Below, one piece after another: positions 35,659 to 64,000 of a stretch of 64,000 nt of DNA. This stretch comes from the human T2T-CHM13v2.0 reference genome, Homo sapiens, in the NCBI RefSeq assembly GCF_009914755.1, contig NC_060933.1. One strand, written 5' to 3'. The position numbers and the translations under genes were made by a program. Below the pieces are notes generated by a model. It was not told the origin of the DNA and searched no databases. It worked only from the letters and a program-made list of their open reading frames with translations. Positions within the stretch are counted from its first letter, which is position 1; each line of letters starts with the position of its first letter.

Positions 35659-36406
35659 GCTTTTCAAGTGATTAATCTAGACAATTATCTGACAAGCATC
35701 CAGAGATCATGTTAAAACTTTACGCAGATGAAGCTTGGGGAACCTGTCTTAACATTTTATTCCCACAAAAAACTACATCCACCATCTCTGAGTGCTCATT
35801 CTGGGCCAGGCCTTTTATGTATACAGCTCATTTAGTCCTCACAGCATCCCTTCATGGTAGACACTTTCATTATTTCTGTTGTGTAAATAATGACTCAGGA
35901 AAATTGAGTTCCAGGCCCAGGCTCACAGCCAGGCCTGGACTGGGCTTGGCTTACCTGGTAGGAGATGCAAGGGCTCAGGGTGATCTCCAGAGCAGGAGAT
36001 ACTACACAGATGTGGAAACCTACCGTCATTTCTCCAAAGGAAGGAATGCACGGTACAGGCCATGCTGTCTGACAGTGGGAGAGAAAGGAAAAAAAAGGAA
36101 TGAGTCCCAACCCCCTTTTGTTTCTTTCTATGGCTCCCAGGAGCTTGTTTTCCACCAAGATTGTAGGATGTTGGTTTTCAAGGCTACCATGTAGCTGGGA
36201 GGACGTGATGAGCATAGAGCAAATAAGAACATTACAAAGCTCACTATTCTAACCAAAATTCAGCCTATGTTCTTGAATAAATGCTCCAAGATTAGAGCAA
36301 ACCTTTAGATATTTTCCAGAGTTCTGAAAAACTTGCTTCTATTTTTCTGAGTTGCTTTTATGAAGATAGGAATTTTAGAAGGTTCCTAGCTTGCCATTTT
36401 TACTGA

Positions 36407-36735
<329 letters not shown>

Positions 36736-38194
36736 CCCAAATATACTTCTAAATACATTTCTGAACTCACAAAAATGTAGAGGAAGTACAAAATGATTAC
36801 ACACACACATGCACGCATGCATGCAAACAATCTAGAGGTGAAACTAAAGTCATCAGTCAACACAGAAGCCAGAGATGCCCTGGAAGTGTGCCAAAACCAA
36901 AAACCTAGAGCTTTGTTAGTTAATATTGCGGCTGCCTGAGGTAGCACATAGGAATTGGGGCAATCCATAGGAAAATAAAAATACTTTCTTTTTTAAAAAG
37001 CTGGGAATGAGATGTCAATAGGGGACACTGAAATGCTCTGACACATTCCTGGGAAGCTAGAATTTTTCTGGTTAACTGACTAACAGGATTTGAACCTGAC
37101 AAAGCAGGAAACTGAATCTGAGACCTCCACATAAATCCAGGCACCAAAATGGGCTATATATTTAGTGGAAAAGACAAAGCTGGAAGGATATGACAAGTGA
37201 ACCCATAAGCAAATCAGTCTCTGCAGGCGGTGGATTGTAAAACATTAATAATTTTAATAGTCTTCCCTAATATTTCTAACCAGCTTCACTTTTATGCTGG
37301 AATTTGAATTTACACCATACTCATAGTCCAAGAAAATTCAAACCAATAAATCTAACTAGAATGGTTCCTGATTGGTCCTGCTTCCAGAGCCAAGCAGAAA
37401 CCAAGCAAATCATCTCAGTTTTGGTCTCTCAGGAAACCCAAAGTTAAAGTTTAGACAAATATGAGCGATTTATAAAATTTAACAAAGAGTTGAAGGGTCA
37501 AACTACCATAAGCAGGAGTCAACAGAAACCATAAAGAGAACAACAAGACATAGAAAAATACAAATATTAAAATTATAACAAACTTTATACTCAGGAAGTA
37601 GGTTTAAAAGCATGTTTAAAGTGAAAAGATAGAGATCAACACGATGACTATGGGGAGCATTAAAAGGGGCCATTGGTCCACTCTGGAACTTCAAAGTAGG
37701 TTTTCTGAAAAAGATGATGCTTGAGCTTAAGCTTGAAGGACAGTAAATAATTAGCCAGGAGGAAAAGTGGTGAGGGAGTTTCAGAGAAAAAGATCATAAT
37801 GAACAAATACATGGAAGCACTGAATAGCAGAGGGACTTCAGGGGAAATTATAAACATTTACCTATTACTACAGTAACAAATGTAGAGCTGAGAGGAACAG
37901 GAGATGCCTGTCCATTACATGAAGAAGTACAGACATTATTTAATAGGAAATAGAGAGTCAAAAAAGGATTTTAAGAAGGGAAGTCTCATGATAATTATGT
38001 TTTAGGTAGTCTGTGTTTCAGTGGTGAGGGCAGAGGGGCAACACTAAGATGTCAGGGATCAGTTAGGAGGCTACTGCACAGCTTAGGTGAGAGATGTTGA
38101 TGGTCTGAAAACCAGGGTGACAGTAAGAATTGAGAGGAGAGACAGGTTTGAGAAACAGCAGAAAAAATTAGCACAACTTGTGATGGACTAGCTA

Positions 38195-39700
<1,506 letters not shown>

Positions 39701-39716
39701 TTCTAAGGAAACTGGC

Positions 39717-39930
39717 CAGCTGTAACACTCACCGCGAAGGTCCGCAGCTTCACTCCTGAAGTCAGCGAGACCACGAACCCACCAGAAGGAAGAAACTCTG
39801 GACACATCTGAATATCTGAAGGAACAAACTCCGGACACACCATCTTTAAGAACTGTAACACTCACCGTGAGGGTCCACGGCTTCCTTCTAGAAGTCAGCG
39901 AGACCAAGAACCCACCAATTCCGGACACAC
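39717..39930 (+). mobile_element. LTR12 (ERV9) 3' fragment
   Basis: gctgtaacactcaccgcgaaggtc...gaacccaccaattccggacaca, the LTR12 3' end with its internal repeat. Confidence 0.9.
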
Positions 39931-41800
<1,870 letters not shown>

Positions 41801-41857
41801 TTGAAAAAAGTTTCACCATGTTGGCGAGGCTGATCTCGAACTCCTGACCTCAAATGA

Positions 41858-42315
<458 letters not shown>

Positions 42316-42448
42316 AAGAGGAAGAAGAAGAAGTACCCTGGTTGGAAAGTACCAGGTGATGCCTGACACTGAGCGTTAAGCGCTCTGTTTTCTTTTTAAA
42401 AAAAAATATTATTTTTTAAATTTAAATTTTGAGTGCTGTTTTTCTTTA

Positions 42449-42463
42449 CCACCAGAGGGCACC
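42449..42463 (+). promoter_or_regulatory. Candidate CTCF binding site
   Basis: CCACCAGAGGGCACC matches the core consensus CCASYAGRKGGCRSY. Confidence 0.65.
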
Positions 42464-43449
42464 AATCAGGCAAGTCAATCTACATGCCATTATGAAACAA
42501 TATGAGAAAGCTCTAGGAAGCTGTTTCTAGCATTCATTCTTTTTAACAAATATGTTTTGAGCACTTAATATGTGCCAAACATTGGAGTAGCTGGTGTAGA
42601 GTTTTGGAATTTATAGTCTTGAGCACCTACTATGTGCTTGAGAGAACAGATAGGCATGGGGATAGAGGGTAGGGTTCAATTTGTGATTTTGTGATTACTC
42701 ATTGTCTTCCTGTCCTTGGCCATGAGTCTCTTGAGAACAATTACTTAGTGTCTACTTTGTGTCAGATGGTGTGCCTGTTGCTGAGGATTCAGGCATGAAT
42801 AAGACACAGTGGCAGTCTACTAATAAACAATGTCTTACTGGCTAGAATAAAAACACATGAGCTAGTTCTGTGGAATTCCAGTTCCTGTGACCTGAGAATA
42901 AACAGCCTTGATTATAAAACTCATTAACGCATTGAGCTTCCAACCTCCCAGCATAGAGGCATGCCCGCAGTGGATGCTTAGTGAGTTTGTGAGTTGACAT
43001 GAGCCCAGGGGGCCGCTTCTGGTCTGAGTGCCAGGTATACGTTCCAGTGGGTTAGACTAGGGCTTCATCACCCTCCAGGTCAGGGTGGGGCTGTGATGAG
43101 TTTTTGTGGGTGAAATGCTTTGAAGATGACCTTTCTACCTATTTATCTGCTCACCGCCTTGCTATTAAAGGTGTCAACATCATCTTTCACATTTCCGGGT
43201 CAGCAATCCTCTTGTCCCTAAATTGACTGGTACTGGAGGGAAAGACAGAATGGGACATAAACCATCATTTTGATAAGAGGGGCTGCATTCACTAGGATAC
43301 TCCCTCTTCTCTGAGGGGAGCTCTAATTCCAGTAGAGTTCGGTCTCAAGACCTGGACAGTAGCGTTGGCGGCTAGAAAAGGATGTTTTAAAACACTGAGA
43401 CCTCGTCTTTTACAGGAAAAAAAAGGCCAAAAAAAAAGGAGGGGGGGCT

Positions 43450-44050
43450 GCTTAAGTGTGGATTGTGTAGAGTGACTCCATTCCAAAGAGTACAGTATAG
43501 AAAAGGGGAGGAAGGGGCAGAGTAACTTTACAGTAGAAAGACTTGACACACTTCCTCAGCCAGACAATCAAGGTCAACATCAACATTGCTAAGTCATGTT
43601 GCTATTTGTGCCCTTAATATGATGTGATGAAATGGCATTTCACCTCTGTGATCTTACCCTCAAAAACTCATAATCCCAGTCTAATCATGAGAAAAGCATC
43701 ACAATCCCAATTGAGGGACAGTCTACAAAATACTTGACCAGTATTCTTCAAAACTGTTAAGGTCATCAGAACAAAGTCTAAGAAACTGCCACAGTCAAGA
43801 GGAATCTACAGAAACAGGAAAACTGAATGTAGTCTGGTATCCTGGATGAGATCCTGGAACAGCAAAAGGTCAGTAGGTAAAAATTAGGGAAGTATGAGCT
43901 TCAGTCAACAGTGATGTATCAATATTAGCTCATTAATTGTAATACATGTACTCTACTAATGTAATATGTTAATAAAAGGGGGAACTGGGCGCCAGGTGTA
44001 GGGGAACTTGACTATCTTTTCAATTTTTCTATAAATCTAAAACTGTCCTT
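43450..44050 (+). mobile_element. L1MC4-like 3' end, followed by Alus at about 44051-44337 and 44510-44690
   Basis: caaggtcaacatcaac, ctggatgagatcctggaacag, ctataaatctaaaact motifs. Confidence 0.7.
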
Positions 44051-44498
44051 GGCTGGGCACAGTGGCTCACGCCAGTAATCCCAGCACTTTGGGAGGCTGA
44101 GGTGGACGGATCACCTGAGGTCAAGGGTTGGAGACCAGCCTCGCCAACATGGTGAAATCCCGTCTCTACTAAAAATACAAAAATTAGCTGGGCATGGCTG
44201 TGCACACCTGTGGTCCTGCTACTTGGGAGACTGAGGTTAGAGGATGGCTTAAGCCCAGGAGGTTACTGCTAGAGTGAGCTATAATCACTCTACTGTACTC
44301 CAGCCTGGGCAACAGAGTAAGACCCTGTCTCAATAAAAGGGGTGGGTAGTGGTGGTATCCAGAATACAGCTATGCCTTAAAGTTTTTTTCTTTCAAGTTT
44401 CTATGAATCATTAACCATGTGCCAGTCACTACGCTAAATGCTGTACATACATTTAATCATTACAATTGCTTGTGTTGGGTATAATTAATCCCCTTTTA

Positions 44499-44739
<241 letters not shown>

Positions 44740-46321
44740 CTAGTTCCGAAACTGTGTGTGTAGAACTCTCACAATATTCTGGCTTTTCTAGGAAATGTTT
44801 TTTAGGCAGTTATCCTAGGACATGCCTTCCTAGGAGAAAGGAGTACTGTATTCTGAACCACGGGGGGACCAAAGACTGTCCCCACATCTCACTTCGGTTA
44901 TGATTATCTCGAAAGTCCCTCAGTTCCAGGGTGGACATTCAAGCCACAAGCACCTATAGGGAACTTTGACCCCTAAGTTCAACCACAGTAGTTTATTTTA
45001 CAAATGGCGAAGGCGAAGGGCAGCCTGAGCACTTGCCCCAAATCACAATGAGAAGGGCTAGAGACCCAGTTTGTTATTGTCTTTTTCCTCACAACTTCCT
45101 CTTTGTAGTTAAGAAGGGAAGCAGAAGCTGACCTTTTTGTCTCACCCCGTTTCTCACGTGGAACTGCCGCACCCAGGGTGAGTAACGTGCCAAAGGGCAC
45201 ACTTGCCTGTGGGCTGGCCTGCGGGAAGGTCTGTTCCCACCGAAAAGACCCACATTGTCAGCACATCCTAATCAAGTAGCTACTAAGTGGAGGGACCGCA
45301 GACTGGGTGTCACGGGGAGGGGCCTGCAGCGACCAGGCCCGTCCCAGGATGGCTGCGGAGGCCCCTGGATCCACAGTGGGGAGGGCCCCGAGAGCCGGGA
45401 GACCTGGGTTCCCTTCCCGGGCACGCCTTTGGAACTGCGGCGTCCAGCCGCACAACCGTCACTCTGGGGCCACGGCAATCCCTGCGCCCGCCCTTGGTCC
45501 CCGCTGCTTCTGGGATCTTTATGGGCGGGGGACACGCGCCAGCGTCACAAAGCGCCGCGACCGCGCGGGAGACCGAGAGGAGGCGTGGAAACGGGAGGAG
45601 GAGGAGGTGGTAGTGGAGGAGAGCCAGGCACGGTGGGGGGAGGGGAGGGAGGGGCACGCGCACGCGCGTCGGGCCGCCAGCCGCTGAGAGCCGCCCAGCA
45701 CCCGGCGTGCGCCCCTCCTCCCTCTCTCCCTCCCTCCCTCCCTCCCTGCTTCTCGGCTCCGTTGCTCCCGCGGCGCGAGGCGCTCTCGCTCTCCTCCTCC
45801 TCCGCCGTCGCCCCTCCCCCCGCGCAGCCCCCGCCGCCACCGCCGCGAGACCCCCGCACGCCGCTCTCCCCCCACCCTCTCCTGCCCCGCGCGCCCTCCG
45901 GCCCCTGCGGCCCCCGAAGAGAACGAGAGGGCGAGCGAGCGCGGCGTTCCCGGGCCGGCCCGGCCCCCTCCCTTCACCATCGCCGGCCCTCCGCCGCCTT
46001 CCTCCGCTTCCACCTCCTCTCCCCCCCCCCAAGTTGAGGCCCCCTCCGGGGGGGGGAGGCCCGGGACCGGGACCCGTAGCGAATTCTCCTAACTCCCTCG
46101 ACCTCTCCTCTCGCCCGGCCCGAGTGTGAGGAGAAGGGCCCGGCCCGGCCTGCGTCGTGTGTGAGGAGGACCCCGGGCGGGCCCACGGGCCGTGTGGGGC
46201 CTGGTCTGGCCCGCCGGGTGTGTGAAGACCGGGGCCCGGTGCTGCCCGGCCGGAGGGCGAGCGGAGGGGAGGGGCCTGGTCCGGCCCGGCCGGTGCGTGA
46301 GGACTGGGGCCCGGGCCCGGC

Positions 46322-46342
46322 GCCGCCGCCGCCGCCGCCGCC
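46322..46342 (+). repeat. (GCC)7 trinucleotide repeat just before the UBE2R2 ATG
   Basis: gcc x7, then gcgATG. Confidence 0.95.
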
Positions 46343-46345
46343 GCG

Positions 46346-46522
46346 ATGGCCCAGCAGCAGATGACCAGCTCGCAGAAGGCCCTGATGCTCGAGCTGAAAT
46401 CCCTGCAGGAGGAACCGGTGGAGGGCTTCCGGATCACCCTGGTGGACGAGTCCGACCTCTACAACTGGGAGGTGGCCATCTTCGGACCCCCCAACACCCT
46501 CTACGAAGGCGGCTACTTCAAG
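46346..46522 (+). CDS. UBE2R2: Ubiquitin-conjugating enzyme E2 R2 (CDC34B), coding exon 1; the rest of the gene lies beyond the window
   Basis: MAQQQMTSSQKALMLELKSLQEEPVEGFRITLVDESDLYNWEVAIFGPPNTLYEGGYFK (59 aa, UBC fold N-terminus); donor AAG|gtaccc, phase 0. Confidence 0.97.
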
Positions 46523-48213
46523 GTACCCTCACCCTCCTCCCGGACCCTGCTTCCGCGGCCGAGGCCTCCGGCTCCCCGCCGCTTTCTGCAGTTCCTGGGA
46601 CCAGGAGTATGAGCACGGGCGAGTGGAGGGGGCTTCTCACCCGTGCAGCCCCCTCCCCCATCCCTGGAGGCAGGAAGGCCTTGCTCGCCGAGTGCCTTTT
46701 CTTTGTCATGGGGGCGGGGGCTCGGGCGGGGGCGGGAGGGCAGGCTGCACCGGGAAATCGGAGAGCCTCTCTGGTTAGGGTAGTGTCTACGGGCGGAGGA
46801 GGCCGCCTTTGTTTCCCCCGCTGAGGGTGGGTGGAAAGAGCGGTGGTCTATCTGTGCTTTTTCGTTCTCCGGTCGGAACCCCTCCCTGCGCAGGCTGGAA
46901 CTGCCCCAGAGGGCAGGGTGACCTGCACCGACTGGATTGGACTTTTCTTTTTTGGGGGGTGGGGGTGGGGGTGGGGTGGGGGAGGGGCACCAGCTTGTCA
47001 TTTCAGAAGCTGCCGAGTGCCCTGACATTTTGAGGATTTGTTGGGCATCTTGGGTAGTGGTAGTGCCAACTTTGCATTCCAATGGGTGGTGGTGAAGAAT
47101 GGGACCCTAGGGGTGGTAAAAAAAAAAAAAAAAAAAAAAGGGTGCCCGCGTCGTCTTGTCATTATCCATTTGGGGGAACTTTAACCCTCTTTCCGTTCAC
47201 ATTCTCTGCTTACCTCAGTCACTGGTTCTTTCAAAATGCCCTTTGTCCTCACCATGCCACCAAGTTTGCCAACCTTTTTTTCTACAGGTAGAAGTATCCA
47301 CAAAGGGTGGAACGAGTCATGTAGGGAGATTGATAGCTTCCTACTTTCAGAGACAAAATTGAAACCTGCTCAAGTGGTTAACTCTAGCTAAAGGGGTGGT
47401 CTCACAGATGACAAGTATCATCTGAGGCGAGATCGTTTCTCTGGGTGGGATGTATGGTTCCTTAGCGACCACAGACATTGTTTCTGTTGTTTTATATGGT
47501 CTTAGAACAGTGGTTATCATTCCAGAATCTAATGATTTTTTTTTAACTCCAAGGTAGTTAACTTGGAGATAATGAGTGTTTGTTTTGTTTTGTTTTTACT
47601 TGAGTGTTTTTGCAGGGAGGAATCACAGATTGAAAGTCTGAATATTTTAAATGATGGGGGCAGAGAGAGGAAATGAGTGCTTAGGAATCCATTTAGTTTT
47701 ATTTTTTTATTTTCAAAATTAAGTAAAATAGGCCAGTGAGTCAATTTTAGTTTGGAAGGGAGGGGTTATCTTGGCACAAGTTTTAAATGAGTATCTTAGT
47801 CATGTAGTTGTGATGTGTATTTTTAGGACTACCCAATTACTTAACTCTTGTTTTCTACCCTTCTAAAGGTGGAAACCTCAGTTTTATGCTTGAAATTAGG
47901 TCAACTTTGTAGGAAATGGGATTGATACAGGAATGTTTAATATTCACTACTGTATATAGTCACTGAGTACCTAGGAAAAGCACGTTTTTAGAATATTATG
48001 TAAGTGCGGTACCCCTACCAACTGTTAGGCTTCATCTTTTGTGGTCAGCCTACCCTATACTTTTCAGATGGAGGTATTTAAAATTACTAAGAAAACATGC
48101 AACTTATTAGTAACAAAGTGGAAAAGATATTGCTGTGTTTATGATGAAGCATATTCTCTGTTGTCAAATATAAATTTTTATGCATACTGGAAAAATTAGT
48201 TGTACAAAATTGA

Positions 48214-64000
<15,787 letters not shown>

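Larger units (their letters stand above)
45250..46900. promoter_or_regulatory. CpG island / TATA-less promoter and 5' UTR of UBE2R2
   Basis: Very high GC and CpG density; NRF1-like GCGCACGCGC at 45658-45667; E-box CACGTG just upstream at 45155-45160; GC boxes. Confidence 0.92.

Noticed and set aside
45255-47082. Long ORFs (260, 375, 210, 189 aa) over the CpG island
   Set aside because: Low-complexity Gly/Pro/Arg/Ala translations expected from stop-poor GC-rich DNA; only 46346-46522 has a recognisable protein domain.

Overview
Human (Alu-rich, with a young AluYa4/Ya5 insertion) genomic DNA that I recognise as the 9p13.3 PRSS3-UBE2R2 locus. Bases 1-14 kb are almost all LINE/Alu/LTR debris. They are followed by an orphon T-cell receptor beta V gene (TRBV29/OR9-2: frameshifted leader, open V exon, intact 23-RSS). 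Next is the complete 5-exon mesotrypsinogen gene PRSS3 (247 aa, Arg193, GC-AG first intron, acinar PTF1 promoter) with an alternative first coding exon that lacks a signal peptide. About 1.17 kb of a second trypsinogen homology unit follows and stops abruptly at 33,120, the likely end of the TRB-derived segmental duplication. The rest is a repeat-rich spacer with a consensus CTCF site, the CpG island and exon 1 of UBE2R2 (CDC34B), and about 17 kb of its Alu-saturated first intron, which contains a Y3 RNA retropseudogene. I found no wholly new gene system. The most notable items are the chimeric TCR/trypsinogen architecture, several templated or recombination-derived duplications, and a candidate CUG-initiated N-terminal extension of UBE2R2. 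Repeat subfamily calls and repeat boundaries are by eye and approximate.
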